IMG/VR virus record: IMGVR_UViG_3300028591_000188
Coordinates: 8,386-72,385 of that record
Direction: 5' to 3' (one strand)
Origin: a virus
Taxonomy: Duplodnaviria; Caudoviricetes
Length of the DNA stretch: 64,000 nucleotides
Shown here: positions 56,080 through 63,958 of the stretch, piece by piece
How the letters are laid out: each line of letters begins with the position of its first letter
How positions within the stretch are numbered: the first letter of the stretch is position 1
The notes under the pieces: generated by a model
Database searches by the model: none
What the model was told of the DNA's origin: nothing
The model's input: only the letters and a program-made list of their open reading frames with translations
Position numbers and translations under genes: made by a program

Positions 56080-58286
56080 TTAACTTGTTTTTACTTTAAA
56101 TATATTTAATTTCTTAAACCAACTAAACAAAGTAGTCTCTACTTTCTTTGGTTTATCTAAACTCTCTGCATACTTATAAACTTTCTCAAGTTCTGCTTTA
56201 TTATCAGGCAATGGCATTTCAAAGAAACTACAAGTTGCTCCATCAAAGAATAATGGACATATTCCTCCTAGCTCACCATCACGGTTTACTACAACTTCTA
56301 AGAATCTAATATGGTCTTTAAGTCTTCTGATATCATATCCCATGTACTCAGGAAGACTGTATTTATAAGGATTAAACAAACCAAATAATACATTTTGGTC
56401 TTTCTGTGTATAGGTCGAATCAGCCAAGCCAGCTCCAGATGGCCTAATTCTTCCAAGTTTTACACTATCATTGCTTTCTCCTGAGGTATTCTGTTGTTGA
56501 ATTACAATAGAGGTAAATCCATATCTATTTCTTAAATATTTTGCAAGATATTCACTTGTCTTGTCTATTGCCTCCTTTTTATTCATTCCTCTCTCCAAAT
56601 CTATGATTCCTATATGGTCCAATACAATAATTCTATATTCTGTTGGATCATTAGGTTCATAATAGTCAAAGATTTCAGTATCTGAATATTCTACTTTTTT
56701 CTTATACACAGTACCATTGGCTTCAGCATAATTTCGGCACTCCTTTAATATCTTACTACTATAAGTTTCCTTACCTATTTAAAATAGTTTGTAGTCTGGA
56801 CTATGTCTTCATCCTGTTAGGATGTACCTGCATTTAGTCTCTAGGGCTGAATCTATACTCAAGGTATAGCCTATGCCTCCTCAAGTTGCCATGCACTTTT
56901 CAGTGTTTAGGTTTCGAGGATATTCAGGTATTATAATTTTATAAATTACTTCATAAAACGGCATTAGATTGTAAGCATGGGTAAGAATAGACAATCCCAT
57001 CCTCTTCTAAAATAAAATTTTGAGATTGTGCTAATCTTTCCTTTAGCTTCTTTATTTTATGTGTGTTTGCTCTTCCTTTGTCATATATGTTTCCTTTGCT
57101 ATCATACATTAATATTCTTTTTATTTTTATTTTTCTATAAAAATTAAGCAAGTCTTCTTTTGTTTTATCAATATCCATTACTATAAATAATCCTGTTTTC
57201 CAAAGTACAAATCCGTCATTATTTTTTAATATTGTATTAAAATAATGATAATCTTTTGCTCCCACATATTCTGCTGCTTTTTTAATAGAAACATTTTGTA
57301 AATGGGAATTTCCTAGATAATCATAAACTTTATACTTTTTTCCACAGTCTAGTCTTGGATTTTTATAACCGTTTTGATATAGAAGTTTTGTAGATTTTGA
57401 AATCTTATTTCTCCATTCTTCACTACATTCGTGCATCTCTGGAGTAGCACAATTGAATTCTGGATGAAATTGTTCTATATAAATATATTCTAATGTTCTT
57501 AGAATGGTTTCATTATAATCATTTAATATAGCCAAAACTTCAAATTTTAACGATTTCTCTCCATATTTATTATAACAGTGTTGTAGATAAGGAGAATGGT
57601 GGGTACCTCTTCTTAATTCAGATAAGTGTACTCTCCATCTATCTGTAATATTAACTGAAGACCCTATATAAGACACATTGTTTTCTATACATGTTATCTT
57701 ATAAATACCCGCTTTTAAATAATACTAATTATCTGCTTTCATATAAAAATTTTCTGCAAAGATACATAAAAAAGTTCAAATACACAAACTTCCAATCCAT
57801 TTTACCTGTTGGGTTAGCTGTGCTACTAAACACAAAAGACTCTTCAAAAGCATCAAAATATTTTTTATATTCTTCACTTTCAAGCTTATCAATTATTTCA
57901 ATTGGTAATGGGGAATCATTTCTTGTGCTTCTTAGATTCTGAGGAGAAATTCTTATCTTGTCAACTCTCGCTAATATCCAACTTTGAAACCTATTCATTA
58001 TTTTTTCATCTGTCTCTTCAAAATTATAGAAGAACACTCTTAATTTGAGCTGGCTTGGGTGTTCTATTGCATATACTAGAGCCTCAAATAAAAGATTTAG
58101 AGTAAATTGAGTTTTGGAACCCTTGGTATAACTTGTGATACCATAATATACACCCTGCTCTAATCCTGGAAAGTCATAAGAAAATCTCTTAAATGGAGAA
58201 GGAATACTATTAATCTTACCATCAAGAAGGTTTTGTCTTCTCTTCTTAAGATTAGTTATTGCTCTTTGTACTAAACCTTCACTCAT
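56080..58286 (-). CDS. dnaB: DnaB-family replicative helicase, spliced: join(58286..57804, 56751..56080), ~384 aa
   Basis: Walker A-like TSYTKGSKT, FYNFEE, Walker B IIVLDHI, VIQQQN and V..NRDG. Splicing gives ...ANPTG|ILKECRNYAE.... Start at an ATGA overlap (58286). Confidence 0.82.
56951..57742 (-). CDS. Intron-encoded GIY-YIG homing endonuclease (~263 aa) with TAG at codon 6
   Basis: Extending the track ORF upstream gives MKADN*YYLKAGIYKITCIENNVSYIGSSVNI..RW..H...E..YI......N, a complete GIY-YIG domain. The TAG is at 57725-57727. Confidence 0.85.
57757..57788 (-). promoter_or_regulatory. Bacteroidetes-type promoter for the GIY-YIG gene, inside the intron
   Basis: TTTG-N20-TATCTTTGCA matches the -33/-7 consensus; 14 nt upstream of ATG 57742. 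Confidence 0.7.
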
Positions 58287-58855
58287 ACCAAATGTGTCTG
58301 CCATAAATTATTGTCTAAATCCTCTTGTCCTTCATTAGTTATGTAAGACATAAAATCCGACCTTAATTCTCCAGTAGATGGGTCCTTCTTAAGAATAAAA
58401 TACTTCAGTAACTGCATATATGTATAGTCTCCATTGAAGGATTCAATATACTTTTTTGCTGCTCGTACTGCTTGTTCTTTTGTAAAATTGAACACATACT
58501 TGTTTTTAAGAGTTTTTAGCTTTTGTGCTATAATAGCAGTACTATCCTTCCAATAATAAGCTGTTCCTGGTTTTTTACCATCAGGAAATACTGCTCTTAA
58601 GGCATCTGCAACGTCATAAAACCATTTTTCATCTATAGTTACAGATTGTTGAAGTAATACTGATACTAATAAATCCTCCTTTCCTTCTGTTATAGCACTG
58701 AATTCTCCTTCTTTAATTTCTGCTAATCCATTATCTATTAACTCTTTTTCAATCTCTTTTATGTCACACCCTTTAGCATATAGAAACCAATAAAGACATT
58801 CTGCAATATGAATTTTATATTTCTCAAGTATTGCATCATCAATTGTTATCTTCAT
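58283..58855 (-). CDS. Hypothetical replication-module protein upstream of dnaB
   Basis: Tiled ORF with ATGA coupling to dnaB. Confidence 0.6.
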   Translation of the reverse strand: MKITIDDAILEKYKIHIAECLYWFLYAKGCDIKEIEKELIDNGLAEIKEGEFSAITEGKEDLLVSVLLQQSVTIDEKWFYDVADALRAVFPDGKKPGTAYYWKDSTAIIAQKLKTLKNKYVFNFTKEQAVRAAKKYIESFNGDYTYMQLLKYFILKKDPSTGELRSDFMSYITNEGQEDLDNNLWQTHLV

Positions 58856-60047
58856 ATTTAAATTCCTTTACATATTCTTCATTTATACCTTCCAACGCAT
58901 TTACTAAATACTCTTCATCTCTTGTATTCTTAAAATATAGAATATATTGTACAGGAAAGTCAGACCTTAATACTCTTCCAGTACGCTGGATAAATCTTAA
59001 TTTCTGACCATCTAATTGTATAATTATTCCAACTTCAATACCTTTTAGATTCATACCTTCTTGTAACATATTGACAGCAAAGAGTTTATTGGATTTGAAA
59101 CTATTAAAATCTTCCAGAGCCTTAGAATCAGACTTTGAATGAATTGCATATTTTCCTCCTAATTCATTTGCTTGTTCAATTGAGGTACAAAAACATATAA
59201 ATCTCTTATCTTCTACATACTTAACCAACCTCTCTGCTTCTTTGGTTTTAAGCTCTCCAAGAAATCTCTTTCTTCTTGAACCATATTGTAACCATTGATT
59301 CTTCATTATTTCACTCCTATACATCTCAAACACTCTCTTATAATAGTCCATCTTTTTAGTTAGATACTCATAATGTTGTGCTTGAGTGCATCTGATATGA
59401 ACTTCTGCATTAGGATTAGCCTTTTTGAATAACTTACTAGTAATTCTAAAGACTTGATTATAGTCACAATATAGCTTTTTCCTAAGCTTCTCTTTACCCC
59501 AAGTTTCCACTATTTCTTCATTAGCTACCTTGTTATCCAATTCTAAAGGAATTAATCTTATTTCAGGTTTTTGTATTATTCCTGAATCAATAGCATCTTG
59601 AAGTGAATAATTTATCTTGGTTATTGTATCTTTCATACAATATTCAAGTTTGTTTAGAAAGTTATAACTTAATGTAGCAGAAAGGAATATTCTTAACTTA
59701 GGAATAAGAGTACCAAAGTATCCAAGTCTTATAGAAGTGTTAAGATGATGTGCTTCATCAAATATAATGAAGTCATATTCATTCTTTAGTTTATGCATTG
59801 AAGCATAACAGAAGAACTCAATGCTTCCTATATGTTTAGGATACCACTTCTCAATCTCTTCTTCCCAATTCTTTTTGTGTGCCCTTTCTGCAATAAGTAT
59901 TAAAGTTTTGGAGTCTTTAAAATCAATCTTTCTTATTATGTCAAGTGCTAATTTTGACTTGCCAACTCCAGTACCTGCCATTAATGCAATGTTTTTTGAA
60001 TTTTCTGCTTTAGAACATACATAAGCACTGAGTTCTTCTCTGTTCAT
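58839..60047 (-). CDS. Superfamily 2 (DExH) helicase
   Basis: GTGVGKS, DEAHH, LSAT, EGMN and QRTGRVLR motifs. Confidence 0.88.
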   Translation of the reverse strand: MNREELSAYVCSKAENSKNIALMAGTGVGKSKLALDIIRKIDFKDSKTLILIAERAHKKNWEEEIEKWYPKHIGSIEFFCYASMHKLKNEYDFIIFDEAHHLNTSIRLGYFGTLIPKLRIFLSATLSYNFLNKLEYCMKDTITKINYSLQDAIDSGIIQKPEIRLIPLELDNKVANEEIVETWGKEKLRKKLYCDYNQVFRITSKLFKKANPNAEVHIRCTQAQHYEYLTKKMDYYKRVFEMYRSEIMKNQWLQYGSRRKRFLGELKTKEAERLVKYVEDKRFICFCTSIEQANELGGKYAIHSKSDSKALEDFNSFKSNKLFAVNMLQEGMNLKGIEVGIIIQLDGQKLRFIQRTGRVLRSDFPVQYILYFKNTRDEEYLVNALEGINEEYVKEFKYEDNN

Positions 60048-60049
60048 AT

Positions 60050-60304
60050 TTATTTGGATTTAAATAGGTTAATAAGCTTTTGCCAGAAATTTAGTTTGGT
60101 TGCAGCAGCTGTTGCTTCTGCTTCCTTTACTTTGTTTTCCAGCCATACTTTCCTTAATTTTTCGTACCAATGGACTTCAATTGAGCGAGTACTTCTGTCA
60201 GAAAGTTGTCCTTTTAAAGTTAAGACAGTTTCTTTTGTAAGTACACCATTTTCAGGAATTGAATCCAAAATTAATTTGTCTTCAAATTCAGTCCACTTTT
60301 TCAT
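60050..60304 (-). CDS. Small Myb/SANT-like HTH protein
   Basis: KWTEFEDKLI...RSTRSIEVHW pattern. Confidence 0.5.
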   Translation of the reverse strand: MKKWTEFEDKLILDSIPENGVLTKETVLTLKGQLSDRSTRSIEVHWYEKLRKVWLENKVKEAEATAAATKLNFWQKLINLFKSK

Positions 60305-60672
60305 AGTGTAAGCTCCTTAATATGAGAAACTTCCTTTGAAATTAATCTATCATATCTTGCCTTTTGGTTTGTCAAATCCATTTCTTCATTGAAGAATCGG
60401 TGTTTAAGCTCAACAATAACTTCCTTGATTTTTCTGTATAACTCCACTTTTGCTCTAGATTCAGCAATTTGTCTACCCTTCACTTCACTATACTTGTCAT
60501 CTTTTCCACAAACAGCTTTTCCTAAAGCTTCAACTTTTTTTGTCTTTACATAAGGAAAGGTAATAATGTTGTAAGTAATAAAACTTTTAATTTTACAAAC
60601 TACAACTCCTTTCTCTTCATTGCAAAAGAACTTTACATTGCCTTCACCTAAGGTTGCTTTAATCCTTCTCAT
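60301..60672 (-). CDS. Hypothetical protein
   Basis: Tiled ORF; A.C..DDKYSEVKGRQIAESRA motif. Confidence 0.6.
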   Translation of the reverse strand: MRRIKATLGEGNVKFFCNEEKGVVVCKIKSFITYNIITFPYVKTKKVEALGKAVCGKDDKYSEVKGRQIAESRAKVELYRKIKEVIVELKHRFFNEEMDLTNQKARYDRLISKEVSHIKELTL

Positions 60673-61367
60673 TTTGAATTCTTTTTAGTTGTTGATTTTA
60701 CTTTAAACTTGTTATTTAACCAAGAAGTAATCATATTGAATAGATACTTCCCTTTAGATACTTGTATTACATTAGTGTTCTTCTCATTCTTTGAAGCTCC
60801 TTTTGAGTCACTTGTATAGAACAAAGCAGGCATATTTTTCCTGTTTAATTCTTCTCTACCTTTAGAGTTACCAGTTTGATACCAATATCTTTCTATTGTT
60901 CTCGGAGATAAACCTGTTCTTTCAGCAATGTTTCTAAAAGCCTGTCTTAAATTATGCTTACTGTTTGTTATTTCTTCTGAAAATATTTGCTTTAAGTCTT
61001 TTGTATTCATTGCTTTAAGATTAGTAAACTTCCTTATCTTTAATTCTGGATGTTCCTTTCTTAGATTATGTACTTTAATATGTACAGAGTTTTTACTTCT
61101 ATTCAATTGATTATATAATCCTTGCAAATTAGTGTTTTTAGGATTAGTAATATAATCCAATATAATCTTGTTTTCTTCTTCAGTATAGAAGCGATTGCTT
61201 TTATTTACAGGTTTTGGATTCTTTTTTAGAGAACAGTACCTTACATATACTGCTGCTTCTGTTCTACCCAAAGAAGCACTCACTTCACTTATAGCTTTTG
61301 GAAGCTTACCTTTTTCTATAAATCTAACAAGAATCTCATCTTCTTGTTTTGTCCATCTTTTACCCAT
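60669..61367 (-). CDS. Protein with tandem Myb/SANT-like HTH repeats
   Basis: RWTKQEDEIL...GRTEAAVYVRY and FYTEEENKII...NRSKNSVHIK; a third HTH-like segment (IAERTGLSPRTIERYW). Confidence 0.55.
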   Translation of the reverse strand: MGKRWTKQEDEILVRFIEKGKLPKAISEVSASLGRTEAAVYVRYCSLKKNPKPVNKSNRFYTEEENKIILDYITNPKNTNLQGLYNQLNRSKNSVHIKVHNLRKEHPELKIRKFTNLKAMNTKDLKQIFSEEITNSKHNLRQAFRNIAERTGLSPRTIERYWYQTGNSKGREELNRKNMPALFYTSDSKGASKNEKNTNVIQVSKGKYLFNMITSWLNNKFKVKSTTKKNSK

Positions 61368-61375
61368 TTTTTATT

Positions 61376-61699
61376 TTACATTAATAATTTGATTGCTTTA
61401 ATTACAAGGTCATATACAACATCAAAATTCATTTGAATTTGTGTGTATATATCAACTTTCTTATATTTGGAAATATCTTCTTCAAAAGCATCTCCAATGA
61501 ATAATTCATATTCTCTTCTACTCCAATAGTAATAAAGGAAATAATCATCCAAGACTTTCTTTTTATCTGTTGTTGAAGTAAGAGATTTTGTTTTCTTCTT
61601 AAATTCTTCAAGAAGATCCTTTGTAATGATGTTGTAAGGTTTCAACTTTTTTGCATTGAAATCAAAATACAACACATTAAATTTAGGTAATGTCTTCAT
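61376..61699 (-). CDS. Hypothetical protein
   Basis: Tiled ORF. Confidence 0.65.
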   Translation of the reverse strand: MKTLPKFNVLYFDFNAKKLKPYNIITKDLLEEFKKKTKSLTSTTDKKKVLDDYFLYYYWSRREYELFIGDAFEEDISKYKKVDIYTQIQMNFDVVYDLVIKAIKLLM

Positions 61700-61898
61700 T
61701 CTTCCTAAATATTAAGGTTATTAATCCAATAATAATAGTGATAGGCCATATTAATACAGCCATAATACAAGCTATCTTGTACAGAGGTTTTCCTCCTCCT
61801 TCTTCTAAGAATGTCTCTAATGATGCGTTTTTACAAATTAGGAGCAGCGTTGCCACTGCTCCTAAATAGTAAACAAGTAATATTAACAGTAAAATCAT
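61683..61898 (-). CDS. Small membrane protein
   Basis: Two hydrophobic segments. Confidence 0.55.
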   Translation of the reverse strand: MILLLILLVYYLGAVATLLLICKNASLETFLEEGGGKPLYKIACIMAVLIWPITIIIGLITLIFRKNEDIT

Positions 61899-62665
61899 AA
61901 CAACAGCTCGGCTTCTTTGATTAAGTCCTCGAAATTATTACAGAAATCATCTCTTAATTCCATTGTTTTGAAAGCCAATAAATGTTTGTATCGTAAAGAA
62001 CTATCTTTGTATATACACCCGTCATAAAACTTAATCACATATTTAAAACTTGCTTCTCTCCAATTAGGTTTCCAATCTCCATTATAACAATCTCTTAATT
62101 GAATAAGCTTACACAATGCAAGCATTGCTTTAGCATATTCTTTTGAAGGAAGAAGATTAGCATCTATGACACAATCTCTGTAACCCTTATTCATTTCTTT
62201 TATACCAGAATAGTTATTAATAAAGAATTCTCCGTCTTTTGTTGGGTTGATTCGGCAAAACTCTGACCAAGTCTTAGGTAGTTCTTTTTCTTTCTTATAA
62301 ATAACTCTTTGGTCATTTGGGTCATATATATAACCTTGTTCATTGAGTTTTTCAATAAACAATTCTTTTTCTGTAGCACAAGCTTCTTCTTTTACCCATA
62401 AAGTAGGAATAAGTGAATCCTTTGTATATATTGATAATCCATTTTCTGACCAAATAGCTAAGGGTTTAATATCAAAACCTGTTATAATATCTAGTGGTCT
62501 TATACATTCTGCTATTAATATAATTTGTGGAAAACTTCCTTTAGTAGTAGCAATATCTCCTCTCTTAGGAATCCACTTAGGTTTAAACTTAATACACTCA
62601 AATGTTGAGTTTTCTTTGTCAATTTCCATCCCTTCTGGGACATTAATCTTAATTTCGTTGTTCAT
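61895..62665 (-). CDS. Hypothetical protein
   Basis: Tiled 256-aa ORF. Confidence 0.65.
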   Translation of the reverse strand: MNNEIKINVPEGMEIDKENSTFECIKFKPKWIPKRGDIATTKGSFPQIILIAECIRPLDIITGFDIKPLAIWSENGLSIYTKDSLIPTLWVKEEACATEKELFIEKLNEQGYIYDPNDQRVIYKKEKELPKTWSEFCRINPTKDGEFFINNYSGIKEMNKGYRDCVIDANLLPSKEYAKAMLALCKLIQLRDCYNGDWKPNWREASFKYVIKFYDGCIYKDSSLRYKHLLAFKTMELRDDFCNNFEDLIKEAELLL

Positions 62666-62927
62666 AATTTTTATTTTTTAGATTATTTTTATTAGTTACT
62701 ACAATAGTATCTCCAATGGTGTATAATTCATTAGTATATACAATTGCTCTTATGTCTCTCCACACAGCATTAAATTTGCTTACAGAAACTTTATATTTAG
62801 CTGTATATCCACTAGTGAATGTATTATTATAAAGTTCGACTTTTGTAACTATACCAAATTCTTTAACTTCTTGGCTACAGCTGCATATACCAAGTATAAT
62901 CAGCAGTAATAAGATTATCTTTTTCAT
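62649..62927 (-). CDS. Small predicted lipoprotein
   Basis: MKKIILLLLIILGICSC looks like a lipobox. Confidence 0.55.
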   Translation of the reverse strand: MKKIILLLLIILGICSCSQEVKEFGIVTKVELYNNTFTSGYTAKYKVSVSKFNAVWRDIRAIVYTNELYTIGDTIVVTNKNNLKNKNYEQRN

Positions 62928-62938
62928 AATTTATAATT

Positions 62939-63151
62939 TTAAGAATTAATTTCTCTTATTTGCTGTAATATAGTACATACGTCTTCTTCTTTAAACATTT
63001 CAATAGGAAGTTTAAGAAGATTAATAGAAGTATCAAGTACTACATAGATTTTTCCATCTATTTCCTTGATATTAACCAGTTCTTTAAGAAGCTTTTCTCT
63101 TCTTTCTTCTTGAGATTCAATCCCAAGGAGGTGTTTAAATTTGTTGTTCAT
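62939..63151 (-). CDS. Hypothetical protein
   Basis: Tiled ORF. Confidence 0.6.
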   Translation of the reverse strand: MNNKFKHLLGIESQEERREKLLKELVNIKEIDGKIYVVLDTSINLLKLPIEMFKEEDVCTILQQIREINS

Positions 63152-63191
63152 TATTAATTATTTAATGTTAGTAAATTCAAATAAAATAAAA

Positions 63192-63221
63192 AGGGATAAT
63201 ACTCTTGGCAGTATTATCCCT
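63192..63221 (-). terminator. Intrinsic terminator at the end of the tRNA cluster
   Basis: 11-bp stem AGGGATAATAC/GTATTATCCCT followed on the minus strand by a T-tract. Confidence 0.75.
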
Positions 63222-63313
63222 AAAAATAAACCTTTAAAATACAAATTATGAAACACAACAGAAGTATCACTACTTTCCAAGATAGTGATAACACTTAAAA
63301 AACACAAGAATAG

Positions 63314-63436
63314 GGAGGTGTGCCAGACTCGAACTGACATTTCTGGAACCAAAAATCCAATATTAAAATAATTGCAGTAATACTTCCATTTACAGAAGTA
63401 ATTAATAAGCGTCCTACCAATTAGACGAACACCTCC
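63314..63436 (-). tRNA. tRNA with a 49-nt insert (63360-63408) between the D arm and anticodon arm; His-like G-1:C73 body, 8-nt loop TTTTTGGT (Gln/His-like); possibly a pseudogene
   Basis: Acceptor GGAGGTGT/ACACCTCC, D arm GTCT-AATTGGTA-GGAC, T arm GTCAG-TTCGAGT-CTGGC. Removing the insert gives a perfect CTGGA/TCCAG anticodon stem. Confidence 0.6.
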
Positions 63437-63438
63437 AG

Positions 63439-63512
63439 TGGTCCCCCTGGGACTTGAACCCAGAACCTAGTGATTATGAGTCACTTGCTCTAACCAATTG
63501 CGCTAAGGGACC
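63439..63512 (-). tRNA. tRNA with CAU anticodon, Ile2-type (lysidine-modified, would read AUA)
   Basis: Full cloverleaf GGTCCCT...AGTGA-CTCATAA-TCACT...GGTTCAAGTCC...GGGGACC-A. Acceptor and anticodon context resemble bacterial tRNA-Ile2 more than tRNA-Met. Confidence 0.85.
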
Positions 63513-63520
63513 TTTAAAAT

Positions 63521-63637
63521 AACCCTGTCAATGAATGTTTATGTAATATAAAGATTATGAATCAGCAGCAGCATTACCAGTTGACCGATGGTATAACGGA
63601 TTCATTGTAACCAATTAAATTGGGATACTACAGGGTT
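63521..63637 (-). ncRNA. Candidate structured RNA upstream of tRNA-Ile2
   Basis: Nested stems AACCCTGT/ACAGGGTT and CAATGAAT/ATTCATTG, plus a CCAATT/AATTGG hairpin. Confidence 0.4.
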
Positions 63638-63644
63638 TATAATT

Positions 63645-63958
63645 AACAGAAGTCAGTACTATTTTCCCTAAGATAATGTAATGTATTTGCTGTGTGACTT
63701 CCTTGATATATCAGTAGTCTATATAGAATTCCAATTTACGAGATTGTTCCTAAAAAAGTTTGCTGTTTGACTACCTTAATGTTTTATTTCAACAGGAGAC
63801 TTATGGATTTGAACCACTAGAACACCATATATTCTTTAACCATTTTTAGTTGCTGTATGTCTCCCTTAAAGAACTACTTATTTAACAAGACACTATTAGT
63901 CCTTAGTTTAGTTATTATTAGATGTAATTATGAGTAAATAAGTTTGCTGTATGTGTCT
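63645..63958 (-). repeat. Array of four tRNA-acceptor-like mini-elements (63645-63702, 63710-63775, 63791-63864, 63884-63958) sharing an ACAGCAA motif
   Basis: Each has a 7-8-bp terminal stem of different sequence that opens with G.U, followed by A-(C/A/T)ACAGCAA on the 5' side and GTT/GAT on the 3' side. Confidence 0.7.

Larger units (their letters stand above)
56752..57803 (-). mobile_element. Group I intron (1,052 nt) carrying a GIY-YIG endonuclease
   Basis: P1: exon ACAGGU pairs with GUUUGU (U.G). P3 UACCUG/CAGGUA. R UUCAGCCCUAGAGACUA (56835-56851). S AAGACAUAGUCC (56798-56809). Terminal G at 56752. Confidence 0.88.

Noticed and set aside
51069-57803. Treating 49296..51071, 51302..51712, 54306..54584, 55717..56079, 56080..56709 and 57729..58304 as six separate genes
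   Set aside because: They are exons of three intron-split genes. Their apparent starts and tails (e.g. MIGRFS, KMDWKFVYLNFFMYLCR) come from intron sequence.
698-63352. Opposite-strand short ORFs in the track (e.g. 698..883, 2404..2802, 4186..4533, 11142..11573, 19100..19546, 31891..32349, 48843..49190, 63158..63352)
   Set aside because: They are shadows of well-supported genes or RNA elements on the other strand, have low-complexity Phe/Ser/Leu/Ile-rich translations and show no motifs.
63314-63436. Interrupted tRNA as the amber suppressor
   Set aside because: The loop reads TTTTTGGT with no CTA anticodon. The suppressor, if present, must lie outside this window.
63230-63640. HDV-like (theta) or hammerhead ribozymes next to the tRNAs
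   Set aside because: I could not find the nested double pseudoknot or the CUGAUGA/GAAA core by eye. A covariance-model search would be needed to exclude them.
63645-63958. CRISPR array
   Set aside because: There are no identical direct repeats: only a 7-nt motif is shared and the stems covary. No cas genes are present in the window.
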